Shown in pieces: positions 47,767-58,335 of a stretch of DNA of 64,000 nt (position 1 is its first letter; the number at the start of each line of letters is the position of its first letter). A program made the position numbers and the translations under genes. A model generated the notes under the pieces. It was not told the DNA's origin, ran no database searches, and worked only from the letters and a program-made list of their open reading frames with translations. This stretch comes from Candidatus Thorarchaeota archaeon (GTDB taxonomy: Archaea > Asgardarchaeota > Thorarchaeia > Thorarchaeales > Thorarchaeaceae), in NCBI GenBank assembly GCA_004524445.1, contig SDNP01000016.1, positions 1 to 64,000 on the forward strand. Direction: 5' to 3'.

Positions 47767-48435
47767 ATGACAGACGAGAAAACAATTGTAGTAGATGTGG
47801 AAGACACTTTGATGGATACCAGAGAGAGGACAAGAGAAGTCTGGCAGGATCTTCTGGGACGTGATGTCATTCTAGAAGATGCAATTTCATTGGAACCAGT
47901 TCGAATGATAGAACGATATGGGTCCAAGAAGCAAAGGAAACGTATTGATGATCTCGTAAACGAGTATTGGGATTTACTTCTATGCAAGGAAGAGTGCAAG
48001 TTTCTCGACAAGGCACAAGAGATACCTTCTGCATCGGATGTGCTGAAGTCTTGGAAAGACGACTACCAGATTGTCTATGTTAGCGACCTTCTAGAGCCGG
48101 CAAGTGATGAACTAAAAGACAAGTTGATGAATTTCAGCCTTCCTATAAGAGGCACCGACCGAATTTTGGTCAGCCTTGAAGAATACCAAGCTTCAATGGA
48201 TCGTCTCGTTGGATTTGATTTGGTCGATGCACGACGTCGTGTGATGTCACGAATATCACAAGAGTATGACATTGTACGAGTTATTGATGATCATCCAGAT
48301 TACTTCCGCGTGTACAGGGATTTTGATATTCCCGAAAGACAAGGGTTCTACCGACCAAGAGCATTCTCTACAGAGGACTATCTAGAAAGAGGCGCAACCA
48401 GCGTCATGATGGATTGGGAAGAACTGCTAGATTAG
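47767..48435 (+). CDS. HAD-superfamily hydrolase-like protein
   Basis: IVVDVEDTL motif I variant, IVYVS motif II, VIDD motif IV. Confidence 0.75.
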   Translation: MTDEKTIVVDVEDTLMDTRERTREVWQDLLGRDVILEDAISLEPVRMIERYGSKKQRKRIDDLVNEYWDLLLCKEECKFLDKAQEIPSASDVLKSWKDDYQIVYVSDLLEPASDELKDKLMNFSLPIRGTDRILVSLEEYQASMDRLVGFDLVDARRRVMSRISQEYDIVRVIDDHPDYFRVYRDFDIPERQGFYRPRAFSTEDYLERGATSVMMDWEELLD

Positions 48436-48586
48436 TCGGTCAGGTTTCGTCCGAATTGGAGTGTAGTAAGCTAGTCTAAGCTGCTGCTATCAGTAATCTG
48501 AATTTCATTCGCCGATAGCAAATCATCATTATCAAGCTATACTCTTAAGAAACCATCAAGTCCGGGATAGAAATGCTTGATGGAAA

Positions 48587-49041
48587 GATAGAATTCAGCC
48601 GCGGATAGTTGCATCCACAGTTATGGGTCTGACCGCTCTTTCTCTCGCATTCCTATCCATAATCGGCAGTGATGCTAGTGTTATTGGAGTAGTAGCAAAC
48701 CTTGTTCTTCTTGGATTTAGTTTGGCTTTTTTTCATCATCCAACACGAATGCTGTGATGAGTAGTGTGTCAAAGGAGTTCTATGGTGTGGCAAGCGCCAC
48801 GGTGTCCACCAGGAGAGAAATTGGGCAGATGACCAGCATGGCTATAATTACGGTCATCTTCTCTATTGTGATTGAATCTGTTCAGATTGCCCCTGCCGTG
48901 ATTCCGGATCTCATCCAGAGCATTCAACCATTGTTTGCGGTGTTTTCGATGCTCTGTTTCATAGGCATGTTTGCGTCCGCAGTCCGGGGAAGAGTAGGTA
49001 GGGAACCCGATGTAGCAGAAAGGCCTGAGAGAAAGTTCTGA
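48587..49041 (+). pseudogene. C-terminal remnant of a DHA2-type MFS transporter
   Basis: RIQPRIVAST...LAFF then frameshift near 48735 to NTNAVMSSV.K..YGVASA..ST.R.IGQ; N-terminal half missing. Confidence 0.75.
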
Positions 49042-49114
49042 AAGCAATTCTTGGGGGTCTTACCCCAAACTAGAGGAAGAATCGGTTTGTTGCCCCTAGG
49101 TGCCATAACTTGGT

Positions 49115-49885
49115 CTATTCTCTTTTCTTGTTTATTTCATGGAATTGCTTGCTGATAAAGAGGAAGACGACACTGGTCAAAATAAGAGCAAGCACACTGA
49201 CTTCCGTTGGAAACAGAAATGTTTCATTGCCCATTCCCTGCCGGATTAGAATGAGAGTGTGGGTGAGCGGAGATAGCAACGAAAGAGCCTGTCCGATTGG
49301 AGGGAGCTCGGTGATGGGGATGAAAATACCGCTGATGAAGAGGAGCGGAATTCTGATGAAGTTCATGGGCATCATGATATTGCCAACGGATTCAGTAGGA
49401 ACCGAGGCAAACATTATTCCCATAGCTGCAAACGCCACACATGAGAGCAAAATTCCTAGAAGGAAGGGAATGACTGCCACCAATGAGAACCCGAACCAAG
49501 TAAAACCTACAATCAGGGGAACCACAGAAACGCCTAGACCGTATAGGAATCCAGCCATAGATTTGCCAAGGATTACTGACATGAGGGACATTGGTGCGCT
49601 AAGGTATCTATCGAATGTCTTCATTCGGCGTTCAAGTGGAATCACTACAGGACCAACAGTAGAAGATGCCCAAAAGACAGTCTGAGCAAAGAGAATTGGG
49701 AGCATCTGTTCTACTGAGAGATTTCTGCCAATAGTGAAGGTGAAAAAGAGAGCAAAGGGGAACAAAATCCCAAACATCAATGTGGGAGGCGATGCGTAGT
49801 AGGCTCGAATATCTTTCCACGCGATTGCCCACGCACGAGAAAGCTCCTTTCTGATTCTTCCGTGTATTTTGTCATCTTGACTCAA
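49115..49885 (-). CDS. ABC-2 type permease
   Basis: WAIAWKD, ERR..TF.R.L.AP, FISGIF.P, PLTH; TTG 49885 after GGAGGT. Confidence 0.92.
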   Translation of the reverse strand: MSQDDKIHGRIRKELSRAWAIAWKDIRAYYASPPTLMFGILFPFALFFTFTIGRNLSVEQMLPILFAQTVFWASSTVGPVVIPLERRMKTFDRYLSAPMSLMSVILGKSMAGFLYGLGVSVVPLIVGFTWFGFSLVAVIPFLLGILLSCVAFAAMGIMFASVPTESVGNIMMPMNFIRIPLLFISGIFIPITELPPIGQALSLLSPLTHTLILIRQGMGNETFLFPTEVSVLALILTSVVFLFISKQFHEINKKRE

Positions 49886-49889
49886 CTTG

Positions 49890-50870
49890 TTACCTCCTTT
49901 TGCCACCTTTGCCTGGCCCACCTTTTTTCGGTCGTTCCACGATTTTTTCTCCAGTCAATTCAAGAAACACATCCTCTAAACTAGGACTCAAGGTATTAAT
50001 GCTCAGAATCTTCAGCTCCCTTTCTTGGGCAAATTGAAATACGTCCGAGATTGTAGTGGCTGGATCATCGGTGTAAAGTCGCATTTTGTCACCATGTTTT
50101 TTCGTATTTCTTATCGAATCCAATTTTTCCAAGGACTGAATAATTTCTGAATCGGATTCGGTAAATGTCACTTCGATTGAATGCGTGCGCTCTATAGTCT
50201 GCTTCAAACGTTCGGGACTATCAATCACTCCAATTTCGCCCTGGTTTATTATAGCTATTCGGTCACAGAGTTCGCTTGCTTCAGCCATATTATGGGTCGT
50301 GAGAAAGATTGTAGTGCCCTTTGCATTCAGTTGACGAATGAGATTTCGTATGGTTCTAACGCTTTGTACATCCAAAGCTGCGGTAGGCTCATCCAAGAAC
50401 AACACTTTGGCTTCATTTACGAGCGCCATTGCAATTGTCAGGCGACGCTTCATTCCACCAGAAAACTCGCCTACATCCTGATTCTTAACGTCAGAAAGTC
50501 CAAACATCTTAAGAAGTTCATTGGCTCGTTCTGCCCTCTGCCCTCGTGGAACACCATAGAGCTTTGCTGTAAAGATGAGATTGTCCCAGGCAGTCAACTC
50601 ATTATATACATTTGACAAATCGGTAACGACGCCCATCAGTTCCTTGGCTTGGAATGCCTCATGTTGGATATCATAACCCATGATTCTCGCTTTTCCAGCT
50701 GTGGGAGTAGATATCCCGGTGAGCATTCGAGTGGTGGTCGTCTTGCCTGCACCATTGGGCCCTAAAAACCCAAAAACTTCGCCTTGTTGAACATTGAATG
50801 AGATGCCATTGACCGCGACGAAGTCACCGAACTTCTTGCTGAGGTTCTCAACCTCTATTGCATGAATCAT
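49890..50870 (-). CDS. ABC transporter ATP-binding protein (DrrA-like)
   Basis: GPNGAGKTT, FSGGMKRR, LFLDEPT, LTTH, PSLEDVF. Confidence 0.96.
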   Translation of the reverse strand: MIHAIEVENLSKKFGDFVAVNGISFNVQQGEVFGFLGPNGAGKTTTTRMLTGISTPTAGKARIMGYDIQHEAFQAKELMGVVTDLSNVYNELTAWDNLIFTAKLYGVPRGQRAERANELLKMFGLSDVKNQDVGEFSGGMKRRLTIAMALVNEAKVLFLDEPTAALDVQSVRTIRNLIRQLNAKGTTIFLTTHNMAEASELCDRIAIINQGEIGVIDSPERLKQTIERTHSIEVTFTESDSEIIQSLEKLDSIRNTKKHGDKMRLYTDDPATTISDVFQFAQERELKILSINTLSPSLEDVFLELTGEKIVERPKKGGPGKGGKRR

Positions 50871-51040
50871 TAAGTCCACCAGATTACCAGTCCGCCTAGA
50901 GTGTAGTAGAGCCAATATGAAGCGTAAGACTGCATATTCTCAGGCTATGGACTCGGTAAAAAGGCTTGAGGAGCAAGAGAGGAATTTCCATAAGCGTCAT
51001 GTACTCATATTGCATCTAATTCCAAGGAGATGTTTAATGC

Positions 51041-51652
51041 ATGAGAAATGTGGACAGCAATAAGACCATCCTGAATTATGAGATTGATGGCGAATGTCAC
51101 GAATCAAGCATTTCAAGGCATGTGGAGGAGCTTAATCTCACAAGAAAATCTATAGATAGAATTGACCTTGGTCCTCTAAGTTCATTCTCTAGGCTGCGGA
51201 GGTTAAGATTGGGATCCAATAATCTGCACGTGATCAATCTCAAAGCTTTAGCATCCTGTGAAAGCCTTCAATACTTGCATTTATACCAGAACATACTGGA
51301 ATCAATTGACCTTTCTCCATTGGGTTCCTGTAAGCAGCTTGTTGCATTATCACTGAGCAGGAATCGACTGCGAGAAATCGACCTTGAGCCACTGCAGAAC
51401 TGTATCAAGTTGAGAGGATTGTATCTGAAGAAGAACCAATTAAAAGAAATAGATCTCAGTCCGTTGCAGCATTGCCCCAAACTAACTGAAATTAACCTGA
51501 GTCATAATCAGCTGAGAAACGTCAATTTTCATCCACTCAGGAAGTGCTCGAATTTGGAAACGATTGACATCAGTAGCAACTTGATTGAAAACATAGATCT
51601 TAGTTCCGTCCGTAATACGGAAAATTTGATTATCGATGGTAATCTGATGTAG
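51041..51652 (+). CDS. Leucine-rich repeat protein
   Basis: About seven 22-aa repeats LxxLxLxxNxLxxIDLxPLxxC. Confidence 0.9.
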   Translation: MRNVDSNKTILNYEIDGECHESSISRHVEELNLTRKSIDRIDLGPLSSFSRLRRLRLGSNNLHVINLKALASCESLQYLHLYQNILESIDLSPLGSCKQLVALSLSRNRLREIDLEPLQNCIKLRGLYLKKNQLKEIDLSPLQHCPKLTEINLSHNQLRNVNFHPLRKCSNLETIDISSNLIENIDLSSVRNTENLIIDGNLM

Positions 51653-51792
51653 CCAAGCACGACATAGCTACGGATTGCCTTGATGTGACCGAAGATTGAG
51701 GGAATCGCGGGGACCATATCGTAGATTGATGGTATGCGTAGAACAGAGAGAAGAGTCGAGTGCATGCACCTTTGCATACACTCCTTCTCTTG

Positions 51793-54700
51793 CTAACGTC
51801 GTTTCTTCATCAGGTAGATGACAACGACCACAACAGCAACAACACCCAGGGCAATAATGAGCATCATCAGGATTGCACCAAAATCACCAAAACCTGTTGT
51901 TGGTCCTCCTGCTGGTAGGACAGTGACTGTTACGGAATCTGTGGCGGCGTTGCCACTCCCGTCAATCACGGTTAGCGAGAACTCATGTGACCCAACATCC
52001 AGTCCATCAACGTTGAGTACTATTCGAGAACCATCCCAATCATCCTTTGAATATACCGAATCATTGTAGATAATCTCGAAACTCCCCGGATAGTCATCCT
52101 CAGCATCCCATACAATGGTATTTCCAATTGACCCCTGCGTATAGACAATATCACTTGGGCTATCAAGCACTGGGGGAGCGTCATCATCAATCACTTTGAG
52201 TTGAACCGTATCAGCTGCTGAATTACCATCGATATCGAAAATCCTAACTATAAGCAGATGATTTCCCTCGTTTAATCCATCTATGTTGATAGTCAGCTCA
52301 CCAGAGGCCCAAAACCCTATAGCCCATTCTTCCTCATCTATCTGGACGGAATACGTGTTTGGATGGAGGTCATACACATCCCAAGTAAGCGTCTGACCAC
52401 TCCCATCGACAAATGCGCGGCTGTTTGGAACATTGCTGATTTGAGGGGGTGTATCATCATAGACATGAATCGAAACCGTGTCTGTCACATTGTTCAAGTC
52501 AGTGTCCCATACTGTAATCTTCAGGGTGTGGACACCATAATCAAGTCCGTCGATGTTTGTAGTGATATTCTGGTAGTTCCAAGCACCGGTTTCCCAAAGG
52601 CTGGCGTCGATGGTAACCTCCCAATTTTTCAATGAGTCATCAAGAGGATACCAGACAATCACGTTGCCCTCCGACCCTTCTGCATAGTACACATCCATTA
52701 CCTGATTGATTATCGGTTCGGTGGGTAAGTATTGCGTCGGATATCTATCATCCGTGTTGTCATCTACTTCATACGGGTCAGGCGGAGTTCCATAGTAGTC
52801 ATGCCAACTGTTTCCTGTGCTGACACCATCATCCCAGAAGTTGCCAAATCTATCATCATATCCATTTGAGATGTGATTTAGAGCGAAAGTGTTGTAGTAA
52901 ACTTCCGTACTCACAGTTCCTCGAATTTTCACACCGTACTCCCTATTCCAACGGAGTGTATTGTTGAATATCAAAGCATTTTGAGCATTAAGAACATCAA
53001 TCCCATCCATGCAGTCCTCAATGATATTGAGAGATACATTTCCAGAAGTGATAGGTGCTCCATTGAGGTAGATGCCATTAGAGGTGCAGTGTCTTATTGT
53101 GTTGTTGGTTATGTATGCATCTTCTACATGAAAGTTGTATATTCCAAGGGACGAATTCAGAATGATGTTATCCTCAATAAACACCCACTGACTGTCTGGA
53201 AAGTCATAGTCAAGGATATTGATTCCATATCTCTCAGAGTTGATGATTTGGTTTCCTCTAATTGTCAGATTAAGAGTAACGAATGCATCTATCGAGTCGA
53301 AGTTATGATCAAAATGACAATACTCTATGGTCACCAGATCCGATTCTTCTATCTGAATCCCATCTGCATCGGCACCGGAAGCCTTTCTCACCGAAGAATA
53401 ACTTAGATTGATGTTATTAGACTCTTGAATGCAAATAGCATCTTGTCCGCGTTTGCCTTCGACTTGAAGAGATGTCATTTCGACGAAGCCGGTTCTGTAG
53501 ATGTCTATAGCTCGAAAGTTGCCACGGATACTCACGTTTGAGATTTGGCTATCATTGCAATAGAGCATCTGAATCCCGGAGGTGGATTTTTCGAATGTGC
53601 CGTCAGCGATTGAGAATTGTGAACAGTTGAGGAGGATGATTTGTCCATAATCATCAACCTGCAGTGCCATGGAGCTCTCATCAACTCCATAATAGATGTC
53701 TTTTCCATTCACCGTATTCCCAATCAGAGTGTGATTATATGCAGCATAGGTACCATCCAAAAGGAAGTAGACACCACAACCCTCCATATCATTTTGCTGC
53801 AATGTTGCATTCAATGATGCACCGAGTTTTATGCCCCCATTCTCTGCATGCTGAATATCATTGTCTGCTATTATTGCATTGTTGGAAAACAAACTTGTGA
53901 TGCCACCAAATGCAGCATCTATGACTTCGTTTGATTGGATGGTTGTATTATCGCAAGTATTGATGTATATGCCAACCCAAAATGAGCTCAATAAGTTGTC
54001 TTGGATATGTCCGCGCGGGCTGTCCTCAAGCCAGATTCCGTTCGATGTCTGGTCACCACTAAGCGAGTTTCCTTGCACCCAGGAATCGGGAAATGTATCC
54101 AACCGTATTCCCCCTCCAAAACAATCAATGAGATCATTGTTGACAATAGTGACATTGTTGCCGGAAAAACCGTATATGGCGGTTTGATCCACTTCTGAGA
54201 TTCTATTACCAAAGAGGGATGTATTCTGACAGTCCTCGAGATACACACCATAGTCATTTACGCGCGCGATCTCGTTTCCGAAGACCGATACATTCTGTTC
54301 GTAACCAAGAACAATTGCGTGCTGCCCAATATCCTCTAATGTATTCAGTCCAACGGTGGAATTTGGGGATAATTCAATCATCAGTCCGTTCTGAACAGTA
54401 TTTGTAACAATATTGCTCTCAACAACAGCATTTGGGCAATTGATGATTTCTGATGCCATGGAACCTATGTTATCAAAACTGTTGCCAGCAAAAACAAGAT
54501 TCTGACAACTACCGATTCCCGCGCCATAGCTGGTTACATCTTCAATAACATTTCCTGAGAGAGTGAAATTTTGGCAATTTGACACCGATAGTCCCTTGTC
54601 CGCGAGATTTCTCACAACTGAGTTCGTTAATGACGAATCATCACAAGCGGCAAATAAGGCACCGTAATCATAACTCCCGTCAATAAGAATACCGTTCACA

Positions 54701-55497
54701 GTTTGGTTTGAGCTGTCAATCATGTAGAGTGCATAATTGTTGTCAAAGAATTTGGTTCCCTCAATGGATAAACTGTAACTGTCCACGGAGTATATTCCGT
54801 AGTCCCCATTTTGGATTGTGCCTCCATAGACTATTGTATCATTACATGTATTGATTTGAACGACATGAATGGATCCCGTTGTGTTACAAAAGTTGTCTAT
54901 AATCATCAAGTCAGGGGAGAGTAGGCAGTTCAGGCCTGTATACGCACCTCCAAACAGGTAATTGTCTTCTATGTGACATCCCTGGGAGTATTCCACCGAC
55001 TGAGCATAACCCCCATCTCCGATTACATACGACCCAACGACCAGAGTATTGTTGGCATTTCTACACCGAATGCCACTGTGTACCGATTCAATTGTGACAT
55101 ACTCTATACTTGCATGGCTCGTATTTTCAAGATAGATGCCCATATTTATTGAACCCTGCTTCAAATACGAGTCCCGAATGATGAAGTAAGAATCCGTATT
55201 TGTGATGCTTATACAATCTTTTCCGATTGCTGCGGTGATGTTTAGTCCCTCTATTAGATAGGGGTCATTTTCGGTTCCACTCCCAGGCCATCCCTGACTG
55301 ACGAAATCAGATATGCCATCAATCTGTATTGGCACATGAGCTGATAATTCGGACGGTTTTAATCGACATCCTCGTTCTTGGGCAAGAGCTTTGACTGACT
55401 CCGTCGGATTGTAATTGTGTGGCATGCTGCTTCCGACCAATATCGGTTGGATTAGCAAAGCAGCAAGAAAACAGGCTATGAACAGGCGCTTTTTCAT
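51793..55497 (-). CDS. Large surface glycoprotein with NosD/CASH parallel beta-helix, Ig-like repeats and C-terminal TM
   Basis: Signal peptide MKKRLF..., GWPGSGT..DPY.IEGLNIT, many GIxL..S.N.xI..N repeats, three ~90-aa C-terminal repeats. Confidence 0.88.
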   Translation of the reverse strand: MKKRLFIACFLAALLIQPILVGSSMPHNYNPTESVKALAQERGCRLKPSELSAHVPIQIDGISDFVSQGWPGSGTENDPYLIEGLNITAAIGKDCISITNTDSYFIIRDSYLKQGSINMGIYLENTSHASIEYVTIESVHSGIRCRNANNTLVVGSYVIGDGGYAQSVEYSQGCHIEDNYLFGGAYTGLNCLLSPDLMIIDNFCNTTGSIHVVQINTCNDTIVYGGTIQNGDYGIYSVDSYSLSIEGTKFFDNNYALYMIDSSNQTVNGILIDGSYDYGALFAACDDSSLTNSVVRNLADKGLSVSNCQNFTLSGNVIEDVTSYGAGIGSCQNLVFAGNSFDNIGSMASEIINCPNAVVESNIVTNTVQNGLMIELSPNSTVGLNTLEDIGQHAIVLGYEQNVSVFGNEIARVNDYGVYLEDCQNTSLFGNRISEVDQTAIYGFSGNNVTIVNNDLIDCFGGGIRLDTFPDSWVQGNSLSGDQTSNGIWLEDSPRGHIQDNLLSSFWVGIYINTCDNTTIQSNEVIDAAFGGITSLFSNNAIIADNDIQHAENGGIKLGASLNATLQQNDMEGCGVYFLLDGTYAAYNHTLIGNTVNGKDIYYGVDESSMALQVDDYGQIILLNCSQFSIADGTFEKSTSGIQMLYCNDSQISNVSIRGNFRAIDIYRTGFVEMTSLQVEGKRGQDAICIQESNNINLSYSSVRKASGADADGIQIEESDLVTIEYCHFDHNFDSIDAFVTLNLTIRGNQIINSERYGINILDYDFPDSQWVFIEDNIILNSSLGIYNFHVEDAYITNNTIRHCTSNGIYLNGAPITSGNVSLNIIEDCMDGIDVLNAQNALIFNNTLRWNREYGVKIRGTVSTEVYYNTFALNHISNGYDDRFGNFWDDGVSTGNSWHDYYGTPPDPYEVDDNTDDRYPTQYLPTEPIINQVMDVYYAEGSEGNVIVWYPLDDSLKNWEVTIDASLWETGAWNYQNITTNIDGLDYGVHTLKITVWDTDLNNVTDTVSIHVYDDTPPQISNVPNSRAFVDGSGQTLTWDVYDLHPNTYSVQIDEEEWAIGFWASGELTINIDGLNEGNHLLIVRIFDIDGNSAADTVQLKVIDDDAPPVLDSPSDIVYTQGSIGNTIVWDAEDDYPGSFEIIYNDSVYSKDDWDGSRIVLNVDGLDVGSHEFSLTVIDGSGNAATDSVTVTVLPAGGPTTGFGDFGAILMMLIIALGVVAVVVVVIYLMKKRR

Positions 55498-55525
55498 TCT
55501 TATCTCCCTAACTCGAGCTTTTCTT

Positions 55526-55858
55526 TCATGAGCGAATGGAAGAGGTAGACCAAAGGTGAATAAAAACAATTGGGCAGATTAGTATCAGTGTGAAACTCGT
55601 AGCCCAGCCAATTCAGATGGGAGAATCTATCTTACTCCTGACCAGCAATAGAATAAACACTCAGAAGATGACAAGGATGCTGACTATCCCGGAGGTTATA
55701 CCCGAAGCTTTGCGCGCGGTACCTGTAAATGGATTCAATGCTCCATACCCTATTGCAGTCATAAAGATGCTGCTCCTAGTATTGTGAATTACCGAATCAA
55801 TGGGAGCATTCTCCTCAGTATTACGGGCCCCACTGAGCAATTGGCCATATTCTCTTCT
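55526..55858 (-). pseudogene. Decayed potassium-channel pore fragment
   Basis: ENAPIDSVI...SIFMTAIGYGALNPFTGTAR resembles TxTTVGYGD.YP.T..GR; TGA at 55661-63 and 55613-15. Confidence 0.5.
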
Positions 55859-56572
55859 TTAGTACTCAATTATTCTAGATAGGTTCTTAGCAATGTTGAC
55901 TGTGTCTCGCGCTTCTTTGGGCCATGGAGCCACTCCATCAAAGCCCGTTCGCTCAACAAATTCCAATAGCATATTTCTGAGTTCCTCTGGATCCCATGAT
56001 ACTAGTTCGTCAAGCGTTGTTACGCCGCCATCATAGTACAGCCGTGCCCTTATGCCCTTCACACCTCCAAGCCTAGCAAGGTCCGAGAGTTTCGTAATCT
56101 CAAGTATAGCTTCTAAGGGAACTCCACTCTCTTCTGAAATGCTCACTCTCGATTCCGGTGTCTTGCATGCATTTCGAATATCTTTGGCAGAAGTTAGGTG
56201 CATTTGTTCCAATTTCTTGACATGTTCCTCCTTCAATCCTCGAAAGTCCCGAATCTTGAATTCGACATCCTTTATCCTAGCACCCCGCATCCTTGATGCT
56301 GCATTCCTAAGCTCCTTATTAGAAGTAAATTCGAAATAGAGAGATAACCCCCAAAGAATTGCATTGGGAGCGACACCGGTTTCCTCCAACCAATACACGA
56401 ATTCCTCTAGGTCTTCCTTCGTTGTATCCCCAATGCTTTTTCCTCTCAGATGATCTGACAGGAATTTTTCAAACTGAGTCGTGAACTTTATGCATCTTGC
56501 AATTGTGTTGGAGGATTTTCTTTTCTTCTTGAGATAGGCTCGTAACCCGCTTTCATCCATGAAATATGCCAT
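55859..56572 (-). CDS. DUF4332-domain (HhH) protein with integrase-SAM-like N-terminus
   Basis: LSDLARLGGVKGIRARLYYDGGV.TL.EL; N-terminal YL..K.KS.NTI...F..FL helices. Confidence 0.7.
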   Translation of the reverse strand: MAYFMDESGLRAYLKKKRKSSNTIARCIKFTTQFEKFLSDHLRGKSIGDTTKEDLEEFVYWLEETGVAPNAILWGLSLYFEFTSNKELRNAASRMRGARIKDVEFKIRDFRGLKEEHVKKLEQMHLTSAKDIRNACKTPESRVSISEESGVPLEAILEITKLSDLARLGGVKGIRARLYYDGGVTTLDELVSWDPEELRNMLLEFVERTGFDGVAPWPKEARDTVNIAKNLSRIIEY

Positions 56573-56840
56573 CTCCTGTGATCATGCTTTCAAACAAATG
56601 AGAGTGCGTGAATAGACGAGGAGAGCATTGCCACTCCGCTTGTATCGCTATACAACACAGGCGGTCCGTAATAAAGGAGCGCACCAGCGCATATCGGACT
56701 TGTGAATACCGCACAGATTAAGGGATGATACGAACACAAAATGCTCAGTGATGTGGTTCTTGCAATAGGCACGCGTTTCAAACGCACAATGAACTGGTTA
56801 AACGAGAGGGTTTTATCTGCAAGGATTCTACCACGAATGC

Positions 56841-57662
56841 ATGAAACATCTAAAGAAGTACTTCGAAGCCAACCAGAAGATGTGGAATGAGTTTGCAAAA
56901 ATACACTACGACTCGAAGACCTACAAGACGAAGGATTTCCTAGAGGGTGAAACAACACTCAACTCAATCGAGTTGGAAGAGTTGGGTGATGTCAAAGGAA
57001 AAACTCTCCTTCATCTGCAGTGTCATTTTGGACTTGATACACTGTCATGGGCTCGTGAAGGTGCAACAGTGACTGGCGTAGATTTTTCTAGGGAGGCAAT
57101 CAAACTTGCGAAGAAACTTGGCGAATTGACTCAACTAGATGCGCGCTTTATCGAATCCAATATCTATGACCTGCCCGAGGTTCTCGATGAGCAATTCGAT
57201 ATTGTATTCACGTCTTATGGGGTGCACTGTTGGCTTCCTGACTTGCAAAGATGGGCTGAAGTTGTTGAGCATTTTGTGGAACCTGGAGGGGTGTTCTACA
57301 TTGCTGAGTTCCATCCAGTGATATGGATGTTCGATAACGAGAATTCCGATGACTTCAAACTCAAGTACTCCTATTTTCATGATCCGGAACCGTACCAGTT
57401 CGATGTTGACGGTTCATATGCAGAAACTGAGCAGGAGTTTGAGCCCTGTGTGGACTATGAGTGGGCACATGGAATGGGTGAAGTCGTCACATCAATCGCC
57501 CAAGCAGGACTTAGAATTGAGTATCTCCATGAGTTCCCATTGGCCTGTTTTCAAAGCTTCCCATTCCTCAAACAGCGAGATGATGGTTACTGGTATTATG
57601 AAGACCCAGACATCCAGTTACCACTAATATATTCTATTCGAGCAAGGAAATCGATGCCATAG
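56841..57662 (+). CDS. Class I SAM-dependent methyltransferase
   Basis: LLHLQCHFGLDTLS, GVDFS, FDIVFTSYG..CWLPDL, EFHP. Confidence 0.92.
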   Translation: MKHLKKYFEANQKMWNEFAKIHYDSKTYKTKDFLEGETTLNSIELEELGDVKGKTLLHLQCHFGLDTLSWAREGATVTGVDFSREAIKLAKKLGELTQLDARFIESNIYDLPEVLDEQFDIVFTSYGVHCWLPDLQRWAEVVEHFVEPGGVFYIAEFHPVIWMFDNENSDDFKLKYSYFHDPEPYQFDVDGSYAETEQEFEPCVDYEWAHGMGEVVTSIAQAGLRIEYLHEFPLACFQSFPFLKQRDDGYWYYEDPDIQLPLIYSIRARKSMP

Positions 57663-57688
57663 CAAAAAATATTGGAACATCTAGAATC

Positions 57689-58078
57689 TTATGGCTCAAT
57701 TCGCGTTAGGTCCGTTTTATCAAAATCGCTATCATAGGACGCCAATTCGAGATCGTAGTTCTTGCAAACCGTATACTGATATGCATCATCAAAATCAAGA
57801 TTAAACTGACGGGAGAAACTTCTCATTGATTCCATGTCAAGTGGTGATAATGGGATTACTCTAATACCGCCATGAATGATTGTATCTTCTACGAATTCAA
57901 CAAAGAGATTTTTACGGTTTATTCTGCTACTGAATAGGATGACTCCGATTGAATGTAATGTGAAATCACTCATGAATAAATCTCTGCTTTGTTTGTCCGA
58001 AATGAAATCCGTAGCGTCTTCAGCCTTGTCTTGCTCCAACAAGATCTCCAAGAAGATGTTGGTATCAAGCAGAATCAT
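57689..58078 (-). CDS. vapC: VapC PIN-domain toxin
   Basis: ILLDTNIFLE, LDFDDAYQ, SYDSDFD. Confidence 0.92.
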   Translation of the reverse strand: MILLDTNIFLEILLEQDKAEDATDFISDKQSRDLFMSDFTLHSIGVILFSSRINRKNLFVEFVEDTIIHGGIRVIPLSPLDMESMRSFSRQFNLDFDDAYQYTVCKNYDLELASYDSDFDKTDLTRIEP

Positions 58079-58335
58079 TTAGTTCGCCACTCTAAGGCCT
58101 TCTTCTCAAGCTCAATTGAAGTGAATTCGCGCCGAAAGTCTTTCAGTCCACCAGCCCACGAGAAGGAAATCGGCTTTCTTTCGATTTCTCTATCAAGGTA
58201 AGAGTTTCTGATATCCGATGCGATTTTTCCTCTCTCTTCTGGGGAGAGATACCAAATCAGCCTCAGAATGTCTGATATGACATCTGGGGATGGGCCTTCA
58301 TCTTCCTTTCTCTTTTTGCGCTTTTCTGTCTTCAT
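58075..58335 (-). CDS. Cognate antitoxin (DUF2281-like)
   Basis: FSWAGGL......S.EL..KALEWR C-terminus; 4-bp overlap with vapC. Confidence 0.8.
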   Translation of the reverse strand: MKTEKRKKRKEDEGPSPDVISDILRLIWYLSPEERGKIASDIRNSYLDREIERKPISFSWAGGLKDFRREFTSIELEKKALEWRTK

